Below, piece by piece: positions 33,173-43,761 of a DNA stretch of 64,000 nucleotides. Every line of letters begins with the position of its first letter. The first letter of the stretch is position 1. Origin of the DNA: an uncultured Chromatiaceae bacterium (GTDB lineage: Bacteria; Pseudomonadota; Gammaproteobacteria; Tenderiales; Tenderiaceae); the NCBI GenBank assembly GCA_947085765.1, contig CAMTXZ010000031.1, positions 30,283-94,282 on the forward strand, given 5' to 3'. The notes beneath the pieces were generated by a model. That model was not told the DNA's origin. It worked only from the letters and a program-made list of their open reading frames with translations, and ran no database searches. The position numbers were made by a program, and so were the translations under genes.

Positions 33173-34318
33173 ATGGCAGATAACGACAACAGCTACACTC
33201 ACCAGGATACTTTTGCCTTTCTCAACCAAGGCGGCTCACTCAAAGAGAAGCTGATTGCCGTGCATAGATCGGTGCAGAAAAACCTGCCCTTCATCGCCCG
33301 CATCGCCATCGCCCTCTACGATCCCGAGACCAAAGTCCTCAAAACCTACCTGCACAGCAGTGGCGAGGACAATCCACTGGAGCATTACCAAACCCTTATC
33401 GATAATGCGCCATCGCTGAAGGAGATCCTCCACCGCGGTCAGCCACGTGTCATCAACAACATGCTCACCTTTGAGGAGGACAATAAGGAGCACCATCAAC
33501 GGCTGGGACGCCAGGGGTACGCCGCCAGCTACACCCTGCCACTCTTCAATAACGGTCTCTTCTTCGGCTTCATGTTTTTCAACTCGTACGAAAAAGAGGT
33601 CTTCACTGAAAAGCATCTGGAGGAGCTGGACCTGCACGGCCACCTGATTGCGCTGATGGTGATCAATGAACTCAACGCCATCAAGACGCTGAGCGCCGCC
33701 GTCAAGACCACCGGCCATATGACCCACCACCGGGACCCGGAGACCGGCAGCCATCTCGACCGCATGTCGCGCTATAGCCGCCTGATCGCCAAGGCGCTGG
33801 CCGAGAAATACCAGCTGGATGATGACTACATCGAACATGTATTTATGTTCGCGCCGCTGCACGACATCGGCAAGATCGCCATCCCCGACAACATCCTGCT
33901 CAAGCCCGGCAAGTTGACCGATGCCGAGATGGAGATCATGAAAACCCACGCCCAGAAGGGCAAAGAGATCATCGACGAGCTACTGCTGAACTTCAGCCTG
34001 GAAAACCTCAACCACGCCGACATTCTGCGCAACATCGCCATCTGCCACCATGAAAACGTCAATGGTACGGGCTACCCCTTTGGCCGCTCCGGTGACGACA
34101 TACCACTCGAGGCCCGCATCGTCGCCGTTGCCGACATCTTCGACGCCCTCACCAGCCGTCGCCCTTACAAAATAGCCTGGAGCAATGCAAATGCCTTTGC
34201 CGCGCTACGCCAGATGGTGGGCGAGAAGCTCGACCGCGACTGTGTTGAGGCACTGCTGGCGCACCGCGAGGAGATTGAGGCGATACAAGAGCAGTTTAAG
34301 GAGAGCCTCTTGGGCTAA
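33173..34318 (+). CDS. HD-GYP domain c-di-GMP phosphodiesterase with N-terminal sensor (GAF-like) region
   Basis: Motifs HH…HDIGK and HHENVNGTGYPFG (HD-GYP signature). Confidence 0.85.
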   Translation: MADNDNSYTHQDTFAFLNQGGSLKEKLIAVHRSVQKNLPFIARIAIALYDPETKVLKTYLHSSGEDNPLEHYQTLIDNAPSLKEILHRGQPRVINNMLTFEEDNKEHHQRLGRQGYAASYTLPLFNNGLFFGFMFFNSYEKEVFTEKHLEELDLHGHLIALMVINELNAIKTLSAAVKTTGHMTHHRDPETGSHLDRMSRYSRLIAKALAEKYQLDDDYIEHVFMFAPLHDIGKIAIPDNILLKPGKLTDAEMEIMKTHAQKGKEIIDELLLNFSLENLNHADILRNIAICHHENVNGTGYPFGRSGDDIPLEARIVAVADIFDALTSRRPYKIAWSNANAFAALRQMVGEKLDRDCVEALLAHREEIEAIQEQFKESLLG

Positions 34319-34379
34319 CGCCAGATACGCTGATACTACACAGCAGATCAAATGCAACAGCGGAAGACGCCATCTTTTC

Positions 34380-34967
34380 TCAGCTATCTATCAAAGCCCC
34401 ACCCACGTTACGACATGCTGCCAGCAATCTCTTGACTGCCGCATCATCATTCAAGGCCCGCCCCAGTGCTACACCGCCAATCATTAATGCCGTCAGCGCC
34501 AGGACAGTATCGGCATGCCCCCCGTCCTCCTCTGCCAACAGCTTGCCAATCCGTTTGTTGAATCCTTTATAGACTTTGGTATAGGTATTGCGGACCTGCG
34601 GTTCCCGATTGGCGATATCAGTTACCAGAAAGGCCAGCGGGCAGGGTGAGGCCTGATTATCCAGATGGGCCTGACTGAGATAGCCGTGCAAAAGAGATGT
34701 CACTTTTTGCCGCCCAGTGCAGTCACTCATCTGGTCATTGATCTTGTCATTGACAAGGGGGCTCCGCAGCGCCGCCATCACAATCGCCTCGGAGTAGAGC
34801 TGCTGCTTGGAGCTGAAGTGGGAATAAAAGGCACCGCGTGTCATACCGGCATCTGCCATGACCGTATCGATGGTTACATTGTCATAACCACGCCCTGAAA
34901 AGAGCTCGACAGCGCTGGAGAGGATTTTTTCACGGCTATTGGATTTGTGCGTACTCGAATAGGGCAT
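34380..34967 (-). CDS. TetR/AcrR family transcriptional regulator
   Basis: 195 aa. N-terminal TetR HTH (EKILSSAVELFSGRGYDNVTIDTVMADAGMTRGAFYSHFSSKQQLY). Confidence 0.85.
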   Translation of the reverse strand: MPYSSTHKSNSREKILSSAVELFSGRGYDNVTIDTVMADAGMTRGAFYSHFSSKQQLYSEAIVMAALRSPLVNDKINDQMSDCTGRQKVTSLLHGYLSQAHLDNQASPCPLAFLVTDIANREPQVRNTYTKVYKGFNKRIGKLLAEEDGGHADTVLALTALMIGGVALGRALNDDAAVKRLLAACRNVGGALIDS

Positions 34968-35047
34968 AGCGAACTCCAGAATATGTTCTTGAACATATTC
35001 TGGCCATCTCTATTCTGGAAAGCAATTCAGATCAGGAGCAGCACATC

Positions 35048-35686
35048 ATGGAAGACTCTCTCACACTCTACGGCCCCGCCTTCAGCAGCTATCTACGCAG
35101 CGTCAGACTCTGTTGCGAAGAGAAGGGGGTGACCTACACACTCCAGGAACACATCAGCCAGGCAGACTGGGCCATGCTCAACTCACCCTTCCAGAAAGTG
35201 CCCATCCTGAAACATGGTGACTTTGTACTGTTTGAGAGCGCCGCCATCTGCCGTTACATCGACCGCGCCTTTGATGGCCCACCTCTTAGCCCAGCCAACC
35301 TTCAGGAGCTGGCGCAGATGGATCAATGGATCAGTGCCGCCAACTGCTATTTTGATCTCGCCTTCATCCGCCACTTTGTGCTTGAGTATGCCTTTCCTAA
35401 AACCGCCGATGGCAAACCCGATCAGGGGAAGATCGTAGCGGCACTGCCAGAGGTAAACAAACAGCTTGAGGTCGCCAACAAGGCGCTGCAACACTCAAAT
35501 TACTTCTCTGGCAGAGAGGCGGGCATTGCCGACTACCTTATCATCCCCATGATCGATTATCTGGCACGTGGCATAGCTGGCAATGGACTCCTAAATGAGT
35601 TCCAGAACGTCGCTGAATATCTGGCCAGAATGAAAGATCGCCACAGCTGCAAGAAGATATTGATTGCGCCGCAAATAAGTTCGTAG
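35048..35686 (+). CDS. Glutathione S-transferase
   Basis: 212 aa. N-terminal thioredoxin-like GST domain (LTLYGPAFSSY…VPILKHGDFVLFESAAICRYI). Confidence 0.8.
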   Translation: MEDSLTLYGPAFSSYLRSVRLCCEEKGVTYTLQEHISQADWAMLNSPFQKVPILKHGDFVLFESAAICRYIDRAFDGPPLSPANLQELAQMDQWISAANCYFDLAFIRHFVLEYAFPKTADGKPDQGKIVAALPEVNKQLEVANKALQHSNYFSGREAGIADYLIIPMIDYLARGIAGNGLLNEFQNVAEYLARMKDRHSCKKILIAPQISS

Positions 35687-35706
35687 CCCCTGAATCATCT
35701 GTGGCC

Positions 35707-38190
35707 TCATCCACCCTGGAGACTCTGCAACGGTGGCTGATTGATCACAAAACGCAACCCAAGAGTACCCGCCACACCAATACCAACCGCCCCCACCACC
35801 ATGCCCGCCAGCCACAACGTGGGGCCGGGCACATAACCAAGATCAAAAAAGCGCTGCGCCACCACCATGCCCACCGCACCGGCGCTGAGCGCCGCCACCA
35901 GACCTGACAACAGCCCCAGGCCGACATACTCAACAATAATTGCCCCCAGCAACTGGCCGCGCCGTGCCCCCAGTGTTCGCATGATCGCCGCCTCCTGGAT
36001 GCGCTCATCAAGCGTGGCGTGGATCGCCGCATACATCACCACCAGCCCGGCAAACAGGGTGAAGATAAAGACATACTCCACCGCCTGGGTGACACGCGTG
36101 ATAATGGCCCGCACCTGATTCAGCACAGCGGCAACATCGATCACCGTGATATTGGGAAACTGCCTCACCAACTGGTTTAACAACTCATGTTGCGCCGTCG
36201 GCAGATAAAACGCCGTGATGTAACTGACAGGATATCCCGTCAGCAGCCCCGGCGGCGTGACAACAAAAAAGTTCGGTTGAAAGCTGTCCCACTCAACGCT
36301 GCGCAGACTGCTGATCGGCGCCGTAAACTGCTGCCCGGCGACGCTGTAGGTCAGGGTGTCACCGAGCTTTAACCCCAGCTCCTTGGCGATCCCCTCCTCC
36401 AGTGACAGCGCTGGTTTATCGACATCGGCCACCGACCACCAGTGACCCGCCACAATTTTATTGTCGGACTGCATTTGCAGCGCCGAGGAGAGATTAAATT
36501 CACGACTCAACAGCTGTTTGGCGCGTTGATCCTCAAACTCATCCACCATCACCGGCTGGCCGTTGATCTCGGTCAGCCGCGCCCGCACCATCGGGTAGAG
36601 TGCTGGTGTCGCCAATCCCTGCGTTGCAAAAAACTGTTGCAGCGCGGGCAACTGTTCAGACTGAATGTTGATCAGAAAACGGTTCGGTGCATCTTCCGGT
36701 AAGCGCCCCTGCCAGGCATCGAGCAGATCGGTACGCACCACCGCCAACAACAGCAGCGCCATCAGGCCAATACTAAAACCGATCATCTGAATCAGGGTAT
36801 GGTTGCCACGCCGCGCCAGATTCACCAACCCCAAGCGCCAGGCCGAACCGCCCTTGCTGCGCACCAGACGCAGCAGTCGCAACACCCCCCACGCCAGCAG
36901 CGTCAACACCAACAGCAGTGCCGCCACACCCGCCACCACCGCCAGCGCCAAGGTCAGACTCTGCGCCTGCATGATCGCCAGCAGCAGAAAGGCGCCGCCG
37001 CCAACACCATAGGCCAGCAGCGTATTGCCCTGCACTCCACCAAGGTCACGGCGCAGCACCCGCAGGGTGGAGACATTTTTCAGTTGCAGGATCGGCGGCA
37101 GCGCAAAACCGAGCAGGGTGACCAACCCCGTGAGCAGTCCATAGAGGATAGGTGTTGCCGTGGGCGGTGGCAGCGCCACCCCCACCAGCGGCCCGAGCAG
37201 TGCCGCCAACCCCCACTGCGCCACGTAACCGAGCGCCACACCGATGCCACTGGCTATCAGTCCGAGCAGCACCATCTGTTGCAGATAGAGTCGGTTGATA
37301 AACTCCTGTTCAGCCCCCAGGCAACGCATCACCGCACAGCTATCGAGATGACGACTGACAAAATGGCGCGCCGCCATCGCCACCGCGGCGGCCGCCAGCA
37401 GCACACTCACCAGCGCCGCCAGGCCGAGAAAACTCTCGCCCCGCTCCAGCGCCGTGCGTACCTCGGGGCGGCTATCACGCACATCGCGCAAAGACTCGCC
37501 GGGCAACAGCGCATCCTGCCACTGCCCACGAAGCGCCTCGATCTGTTTGGGCGCACCGGCCAGCAACAGTGAATAACGGATGCGACTGGCGGGCTGGATC
37601 AACCCCGTCGCCGGCAGATCGGCTGCACTCATCAGCAGTCGCGGTGCCACACTAAACATCATGCCACCGGAGCTGTCCGGCTCTGTCACCAACAGCGCTG
37701 CCACCCTGAACTGGGCATTGCCCACACTGATCAGATCACCCACATCAATGGCAAGTGCCGTCAGCAGTTGCGCCGCCGCCCAGACCGTGCCCGACTCAGG
37801 CCCACCTGCCACCTCCCGATCCGCCGCAAACAGTTGTGTGGCGATGCGGTACTGACCACGCAGTGGATAGTTGCTACCCACCGCCTTAAGTGCCACCAGC
37901 TGACTGCCATCACCGGCCACCACCATGGTGGGGAACTCAAGGGTCTCGGCCAGCTGCAACCCCAACGCAGTGGCCTGCGCCTTGCGTTCGGCACTGGTGG
38001 GATCGCTGCTGAGCAGGGCCAAATCGCCGCCCAGCAGATCGCTCGCCTGGCTCGACAGCGCCAGATGGATGCGGCTGGTAAAAAAATTAACCGAACTGAC
38101 ACTGGCCACCGCCACAATCAGCGCCAGCAACAGCACCCGCAGCTCACCAGAGCGCCAGTCACGTCGCAACATGCGCAGCGCCAATCTCAT
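35707..38190 (-). CDS. ybbP: ABC transporter permease with two FtsX/MacB-like domains (YbbP family)
   Basis: About 827 aa with multiple TM segments. Start likely at [18 protein letters not shown] (38190), overlapping the ybbA stop. The conserved tesA-ybbA-ybbP synteny is preserved. Confidence 0.85.
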   Translation of the reverse strand: MRLALRMLRRDWRSGELRVLLLALIVAVASVSSVNFFTSRIHLALSSQASDLLGGDLALLSSDPTSAERKAQATALGLQLAETLEFPTMVVAGDGSQLVALKAVGSNYPLRGQYRIATQLFAADREVAGGPESGTVWAAAQLLTALAIDVGDLISVGNAQFRVAALLVTEPDSSGGMMFSVAPRLLMSAADLPATGLIQPASRIRYSLLLAGAPKQIEALRGQWQDALLPGESLRDVRDSRPEVRTALERGESFLGLAALVSVLLAAAAVAMAARHFVSRHLDSCAVMRCLGAEQEFINRLYLQQMVLLGLIASGIGVALGYVAQWGLAALLGPLVGVALPPPTATPILYGLLTGLVTLLGFALPPILQLKNVSTLRVLRRDLGGVQGNTLLAYGVGGGAFLLLAIMQAQSLTLALAVVAGVAALLLVLTLLAWGVLRLLRLVRSKGGSAWRLGLVNLARRGNHTLIQMIGFSIGLMALLLLAVVRTDLLDAWQGRLPEDAPNRFLINIQSEQLPALQQFFATQGLATPALYPMVRARLTEINGQPVMVDEFEDQRAKQLLSREFNLSSALQMQSDNKIVAGHWWSVADVDKPALSLEEGIAKELGLKLGDTLTYSVAGQQFTAPISSLRSVEWDSFQPNFFVVTPPGLLTGYPVSYITAFYLPTAQHELLNQLVRQFPNITVIDVAAVLNQVRAIITRVTQAVEYVFIFTLFAGLVVMYAAIHATLDERIQEAAIMRTLGARRGQLLGAIIVEYVGLGLLSGLVAALSAGAVGMVVAQRFFDLGYVPGPTLWLAGMVVGAVGIGVAGTLGLRFVINQPPLQSLQGG

Positions 38191-38867
38191 ACTGAACTCC
38201 TGAGCCGTCCCTCTTCCAACTCCAGGGTGCGCTGACAACGGCTCGCTAGCTGTGCATCGTGCGTCACCAAGACCAGGGTGGTGCCGTGTTCGGCATTGAG
38301 CTGGAACAGCAGGTCGATGATGCGGGCGCCGGTTTTACTGTCGAGGTTACCGGTGGGTTCATCGGCAAACAGCACGGCGGGGTGGGTGGCAAAGGCGCGG
38401 GCGATGGCAACACGCTGCTGCTCACCGCCGGAGAGCTGTTTTGGATAGTGCTGCACCCGCGCCGCCAGACCGACACGCTCCAGCACCTGCTGCGCCGTAT
38501 GCTGCGCATCACCACGCCCGGCCAGCTCCAGCGGCAGCATCACATTCTCCAGCGCCGTCAGGTTGGGCAGCAGCTGAAACGCCTGAAAGATAAAACCCAC
38601 CTTGGTGGCGCGCAGCCGGGCGCGGCCATCTTCATCCAGCGCAAAGAGCTGTTCGCCAGCCAGCGAGACCGCACCTGAACTCGGGGTATCCAGCCCCGCC
38701 AGCAGCCCCAGCAGCGTCGACTTACCGGCGCCAGAGCTGCCGACAATCGCCACCGTCTCGCCCGCGCCAATCTCCAGATTGATCTCATGCAATAGTGTTA
38801 GCTGCCCTTCGGGACTGACCACCTGTTTAGTAAGATTCTGCACAACGAGCACGGCATTGTTATTCAT
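38187..38867 (-). CDS. ybbA: ABC transporter ATP-binding protein (YbbA/LolD-like)
   Basis: 226 aa. Walker [10 protein letters not shown], signature LSGGEQQR, Walker B LFADEPTG. Confidence 0.9.
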   Translation of the reverse strand: MNNNAVLVVQNLTKQVVSPEGQLTLLHEINLEIGAGETVAIVGSSGAGKSTLLGLLAGLDTPSSGAVSLAGEQLFALDEDGRARLRATKVGFIFQAFQLLPNLTALENVMLPLELAGRGDAQHTAQQVLERVGLAARVQHYPKQLSGGEQQRVAIARAFATHPAVLFADEPTGNLDSKTGARIIDLLFQLNAEHGTTLVLVTHDAQLASRCQRTLELEEGRLRSSV

Positions 38868-38928
38868 ATTAAATGTCTCAGGCTAAGATGGGGTCTGATC
38901 ACTCATAACAGAGGCAAAAGTATCTTTA

Positions 38929-39540
38929 ATGAAAACAGCATACCAGCTCCTGCTCACCATCTCTCTGCTGCTGGCGGCCCCCGCCACCACACTCGCCGCC
39001 ACCCTTCTGGTCATGGGCGATAGTCTGAGCGCCGCCTACGGCATTCCATCACAAGCAGGCTGGGTCAGTCTGCTGCAACAGCAGCTGCAACCAGAGCACA
39101 ACGTGATCAACGCCAGCATCAGCGGCGAAACCACCGCCGGTGGAGCCGCACGACTCTCTCCGCTGCTGCAGCGACACCGGCCAGAGGTTGTCATTATCGA
39201 GCTGGGGGCCAACGATGGCCTGCGAGGTTTGCCGATCAAGGAGATGCGCAAAAATCTGGCGCAGATGATTCAGCAGAGCCAGGCGGCAGGCGCAGAGGTG
39301 CTGCTGATCGGGCTACGCCTACCACCCAACTACGGCCCAGCCTATACCCGCGCCTTTGAAGAGAGCTACAGCGCGCTGGCCAAACAGTACCGGGCCAGAC
39401 TGCTGCCATTTCTGTTTGCTGGACTTGAGGATTCATCACGTGACTTTCAGGCTGACAACCTTCACCCAACGGCAGCAGCACAACCGATTCTGCTGAATAA
39501 CGTCTGGCAGCCGTTGGCACCACTGCTCGGCATGAAGTGA
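38929..39540 (+). CDS. tesA: Acyl-CoA thioesterase I / lysophospholipase L1 (SGNH hydrolase)
   Basis: Signal peptide. GDSLSA (SGNH motif I), DGLHP-type C-terminal motif (DNLHPT). Confidence 0.85.
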   Translation: MKTAYQLLLTISLLLAAPATTLAATLLVMGDSLSAAYGIPSQAGWVSLLQQQLQPEHNVINASISGETTAGGAARLSPLLQRHRPEVVIIELGANDGLRGLPIKEMRKNLAQMIQQSQAAGAEVLLIGLRLPPNYGPAYTRAFEESYSALAKQYRARLLPFLFAGLEDSSRDFQADNLHPTAAAQPILLNNVWQPLAPLLGMK

Positions 39541-39549
39541 CCGGAGGGT

Positions 39550-40068
39550 TTAGCCACCCTGCTCTTTGTTCTGATAAACCTTGCGCCGAAACAGGTCGTT
39601 ACGGCGGCTGACAAGCCGGTCGAGAAACAACAGACCGTCGAGATGATCCATCTCATGCTGAATCGCGCGCGCCTCAAAGCCGCTGGTATTGAGGCTCTGT
39701 TTTTCGCCCTGGGCATCCTGGTATTCAAGGGTGATAGTCTCGGCGCGCATCACATTGCCGGTAAAGTCGGGCACCGACATACACCCCTCGCGCCCTTTAA
39801 CAAAGCCGCTGTATTCGACGATCTCGGGATTGATCAGCGCCAGAAAACCGTGCTGTTCGATCTTCGGTTTGCTCGACACATCGACCAGGGCGATGCGTTG
39901 AAAGCGCCCCACCTGTGGCGCGGCGATACCGACTCCTCCAGGACCGGCGCGCATAGTCTCCTCAAGGTCGGCCAGGAACTGGCGCAGCTCATCATCAAAG
40001 CACGCAACCGCTTCGCTGAGCTGCTTCAGCCGCTCATCGGGATAGGTAAGAATCCCCAGCTTCGCCAT
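39550..40068 (-). CDS. def: Peptide deformylase
   Basis: Motifs GVGIAAPQVG, EGCMS, HEMDHL. Confidence 0.9.
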   Translation of the reverse strand: MAKLGILTYPDERLKQLSEAVACFDDELRQFLADLEETMRAGPGGVGIAAPQVGRFQRIALVDVSSKPKIEQHGFLALINPEIVEYSGFVKGREGCMSVPDFTGNVMRAETITLEYQDAQGEKQSLNTSGFEARAIQHEMDHLDGLLFLDRLVSRRNDLFRRKVYQNKEQGG

Positions 40069-40073
40069 TACCT

Positions 40074-40595
40074 TTACCCAATCATCGTTTCAATAGGGGT
40101 GAGCTTGGCGTCTATCCCCTCTTTGATCACAATCTGCAAGGCCGACTCCAGCGCCGCGATCCCCTCGCCCGCCACGCCGTCGATATGCATGATGTAGATC
40201 GGTTTGGCCGCAGTGCCACCGACATCCGAATCGAGATTGACGATATTGAGACCCGCCTCGGCCAGGGCGCCAGTGACGTGGGCGACGATGCCGGGGCGAT
40301 CGGCGCCATAAACGGTGATCTGCACATCGGGTTCAACATGGTGATGCAGATCGCCATCCATCTTATCGATATGGATGTGCAACCCCATGGAGTCGGCCAC
40401 GGTAGAGAGCAGCTGTTGCAGCGAATGAACGTTCCCCTCATGGCGCACCATCATCATGATGGTAAAGCTGCCACCCATACGGATCATGGAGGCCTCGCCG
40501 AGATTGCAGCCGCCGTCGTAAAGCGCCTGGGTGACGTGGGCAACGATGCCAGAACGGTCTTTACCGACCAGTGAAAGAATGTACCAGTGAGACAT
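40074..40595 (-). CDS. gcvR: Glycine cleavage system transcriptional repressor-like protein (two ACT domains)
   Basis: MSHWYILSLVGKDRSGIV… and a second ACT repeat (ITVYGADRPGIVAHV). Confidence 0.7.
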   Translation of the reverse strand: MSHWYILSLVGKDRSGIVAHVTQALYDGGCNLGEASMIRMGGSFTIMMMVRHEGNVHSLQQLLSTVADSMGLHIHIDKMDGDLHHHVEPDVQITVYGADRPGIVAHVTGALAEAGLNIVNLDSDVGGTAAKPIYIMHIDGVAGEGIAALESALQIVIKEGIDAKLTPIETMIG

Positions 40596-40612
40596 AAACA
40601 CTCCTCAAATTA

Positions 40613-41383
40613 TTATTGATTCTCTGCAATCCAGATCAGCGACGCCATACGCCCCGTCACACCATCACGACGATAGGAGTAGAAGCGCTCGGTATCGCTA
40701 TAAGTGCAGCAACCACCACCGTAGACCGCCGTCACACCGACCACTTCAAGCCGCTGCCGCGCCAGCTGGTAAATATCTGCCAACCAACGGCCACCAGGTG
40801 ATGGCTTGAATGCTGCGGCGGCAACGGCATCATGGGCGATAAAGGCATCACGCACCTCATTGCCCACTTCAAACGCAGAGGGGCCAATGGCCGGACCAAG
40901 CCAGACCAGCAGGTCGGTAGCGGCCACCCCCATGCGCAATAGCGTCGCCTCGATCACACCATCGAGCAGCCCGCGCCAACCGGCATGGGCAGCGGCGACC
41001 ACTGTGCCCTGCCGGTTACAGAAGAGCAGTGGCAGACAGTCCGCCGTCATCACGGCACAGACCACATCTATAGAGTGAGTAAAACTGGCATCGGCCGCAG
41101 CCGCAACCCCGGGCACCGTGGCGGCGTTGACCACCGCCACACCGTGAACCTGCTGCAACCATACCGGCTCACCGGGCAGCTGCTGGCGCAGACGGCTGCG
41201 GTTTTCTACCACCGCCGCAGGCAGATCACCTACATGGTCACCCAGATTGAGGCTTGTATAGGGGGCCAGACTAACGCCGCCCTGACGGGTGGTGCTGGCG
41301 GCCCGGATTGAGGCAGGGGCGGGCCAGTCAGGCACAATCCAGCCAAAATCCGTTAGGTCAGTCACGCTGCTCGGCATCCTCAT
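40613..41383 (-). CDS. pgeF: YfiH/PgeF family purine nucleoside phosphorylase (laccase-domain protein)
   Basis: 256 aa. Conserved motifs …ADCLPLLF… and …AHAGWRG…. It lies downstream of rluD, as in E. coli. Confidence 0.85.
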   Translation of the reverse strand: MRMPSSVTDLTDFGWIVPDWPAPASIRAASTTRQGGVSLAPYTSLNLGDHVGDLPAAVVENRSRLRQQLPGEPVWLQQVHGVAVVNAATVPGVAAAADASFTHSIDVVCAVMTADCLPLLFCNRQGTVVAAAHAGWRGLLDGVIEATLLRMGVAATDLLVWLGPAIGPSAFEVGNEVRDAFIAHDAVAAAAFKPSPGGRWLADIYQLARQRLEVVGVTAVYGGGCCTYSDTERFYSYRRDGVTGRMASLIWIAENQ

Positions 41384-42317
41384 GCAACAGCGCGATCAGC
41401 TGCTGCATGTCGTCGGGCAGCGGCGCCTCCCACTCCATGATCTTGCCAGTAGTGGGGTGCTCCAGTCCGAGACGGGCGGCGTGCAGCGCCTGACGTTTGA
41501 AGTTACGCAGAAAGTCGCTCAGCTCGGCACTGCAATCACGCGGTAGCCGCAGCCGCTGACCGTAGACCGGATCACCGACCAGTGGATAGTGGATGTGGGC
41601 CATGTGCACACGGATCTGATGGGTGCGGCCGGTTTCAAGATCAACACGGATGTGGGTGTGGATACGGAACCGCTGCATCACCCGGTAGTGGGTCACCGCC
41701 GGTTTACCGTTGGAGACCACCGCCATCCGTTTGCGATCAACGGGGTGGCGGGCGATCGGCGCCTCCACCGTACCGCCCGCCGTCATCACCCCGTAGGCCA
41801 CCGCTTGGTACTGACGCTTCATCACCCGCGCCTGCAAAATATCCACCAGATGTTTTTGCGCCTTGAGGTTACGCGCCACCGCCAGCAGGCCGCTGGTCTC
41901 TTTGTCCAGGCGATGCACGATACCGGCACGCGGCACCTCGTTGAGTTCCGGGGCGTGATACAACAGGGCGTTGACCAGGGTGCCATCGTAGTTACCCGCC
42001 GCCGGGTGCACCACCATGCCAGCCGGCTTGTTGACGATGATGATGTCGTCATCTTCGTAGACGATGGTGAGCGGGATATCCTCGCCCTGCCAGCTCACCT
42101 CCTCCTCCGAGGTCGCCTCCAGCTCAATCAGCTCGCCGCCCTCCAGTTTGTCCTTGGCGCGCCGCTGCTGGCCGTTGACAGAGACCTGCCCCGCCTTGAT
42201 CCACTGCTGCAGGCGGGCGCGTGAATAATCCGGGAACAGTTGGGCGAGGATCTGGTCCAACCGTTGGCCAAAACAGTCGGCCGGGACTTTAATTGTTAGA
42301 TGTTCTGAAGATGGCAT
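41358..42317 (-). CDS. rluD: 23S rRNA pseudouridine(1911/1915/1917) synthase
   Basis: 319 aa. N-terminal S4 domain and the RluA-family catalytic motif (HRLDKETSG). Confidence 0.9.
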   Translation of the reverse strand: MPSSEHLTIKVPADCFGQRLDQILAQLFPDYSRARLQQWIKAGQVSVNGQQRRAKDKLEGGELIELEATSEEEVSWQGEDIPLTIVYEDDDIIIVNKPAGMVVHPAAGNYDGTLVNALLYHAPELNEVPRAGIVHRLDKETSGLLAVARNLKAQKHLVDILQARVMKRQYQAVAYGVMTAGGTVEAPIARHPVDRKRMAVVSNGKPAVTHYRVMQRFRIHTHIRVDLETGRTHQIRVHMAHIHYPLVGDPVYGQRLRLPRDCSAELSDFLRNFKRQALHAARLGLEHPTTGKIMEWEAPLPDDMQQLIALLHEDAEQRD

Positions 42318-42402
42318 TGGTTTTCACACAAAACAGGGCAATATGCCGTGCTAAAAAGGGGATCCATGCTAACAGATTTGAACCGCATTCCCCTGCAAAA
42401 TA

Positions 42403-43761
42403 GTGGCATACTGGCGCGATATTGATTCACCATTGATGGTTAACTTAATAATGCAGATACGCAGACAGCTGTCCGCCTTACTCCTCACAGCCGGGTTAAG
42501 CTTCTCCAGCTATGCCGCAGATAACGGGATACTGGCCGAGTACAACTACTACGAAAGCGGCAAAATCGAACTCAATGCCGGCAACTATCAGCAGGCCATC
42601 ACCCACTTCATCAACCTGCAAAAGCTCTACCCCAACAGCCCCTATATTCCCCAGGCCAAATTGGAGAGCGCCTACGCCCATTACAAACTGGGTGAAGCTC
42701 AGGCCGCCATCGACCTGCTACAGGAGTTTTTACTGGCCGAGAATAAACATCCACAAAAACCCTACGCCTTCTATCTCGCTGGCTTGGCCAGGTATCAGCA
42801 GGCACTCGATCTGATGGATAGCCCTACCTCTGCTGAAGATACCACTAGCGCCCGCACCGCCACCCAACAGGCCATCGGCTACTTTACTCAGTTGCTGGAC
42901 AGTTTCCCCGGCAGTCAGTACGGCGAGGATATTGGTAAAAAGACCACCTACCTGCTGGAAAAACTGGTACAGCAACGCATTAAGCTGGAGAAGAAGGATA
43001 CCGACCGCAGCCGCCTGCAACAGATTCAGGTCGAAAGCGACCAAGCCATAGTCTGGCTGCTGAAACAGCCTGCCAACCACTACACACTGCAACTGGTGCG
43101 CAGCCCTGACTACAACACCACCTTTATGGTCTCACTCCAGTATAAATTGGAAAAAAACGCCTTTATCATCGAGACACAGACCAGCGACGGCACAGGTTAC
43201 ACACTGCTTTACGGCGTCTACCCCAGCAAAAACGAGGCGCTGCAGGCAGGCGCCAATCTGCCCCAAGCCATCCTTGAGACCCAGCCGCTGGTGCGCGAAC
43301 TCAGCTCGGTGCAGACAGAGATCGTCGATAGCCGCGTGATTGCGGGCGACAGCACGCTACAAGCCCCGCCTCCCACCACAGCAGAAACAGCACCAGCGAG
43401 CCAGGAGTTCGTCAAGCCACCCCCAAGCAACAGCGCCACGCAGATGTCGGACGAAGAGTGGCTGTTGTCACAACACCCCATGGACTACACGGTGCAACTG
43501 TTGGGAGCGCCTAACGAAGCTAGCCTGACCAAATTCATCAACGACCACAATCTTGCCGGCCAAACCGTCCGCTACCGCAGTCTGCGCCGGGATGGCAGCA
43601 GCTGGTACTCACTGCTGTATGGCAGTTATCCCGACAATATCACCGCCATCGAAGCCGCGCGCCAGATCGGCATCAGCCTCCGTATCGATCAACCCTGGAT
43701 CAGACGTTTCCAGAGTGTGCAGAACGAAATCGACAGCAGCAAAAGCAGTAAACGCCAGTGA
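42403..43761 (+). CDS. BamD-like TPR protein fused to two C-terminal SPOR (peptidoglycan-binding) domains
   Basis: The N-terminal roughly 200 aa are homologous to BamD (…YPNSPYIPQAKLESAYAHYKLGE…). The C-terminus carries two SPOR-like repeats (…HYTLQLVRSPD…GYTLLYGVYPSKNEA…; …DYTVQLLGAPNEASL…WYSLLYGSYPD…). Signal peptide but no lipobox. It is divergent from rluD, the canonical bamD position. Confidence 0.65.
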   Translation: MAYWRDIDSPLMVNLIMQIRRQLSALLLTAGLSFSSYAADNGILAEYNYYESGKIELNAGNYQQAITHFINLQKLYPNSPYIPQAKLESAYAHYKLGEAQAAIDLLQEFLLAENKHPQKPYAFYLAGLARYQQALDLMDSPTSAEDTTSARTATQQAIGYFTQLLDSFPGSQYGEDIGKKTTYLLEKLVQQRIKLEKKDTDRSRLQQIQVESDQAIVWLLKQPANHYTLQLVRSPDYNTTFMVSLQYKLEKNAFIIETQTSDGTGYTLLYGVYPSKNEALQAGANLPQAILETQPLVRELSSVQTEIVDSRVIAGDSTLQAPPPTTAETAPASQEFVKPPPSNSATQMSDEEWLLSQHPMDYTVQLLGAPNEASLTKFINDHNLAGQTVRYRSLRRDGSSWYSLLYGSYPDNITAIEAARQIGISLRIDQPWIRRFQSVQNEIDSSKSSKRQ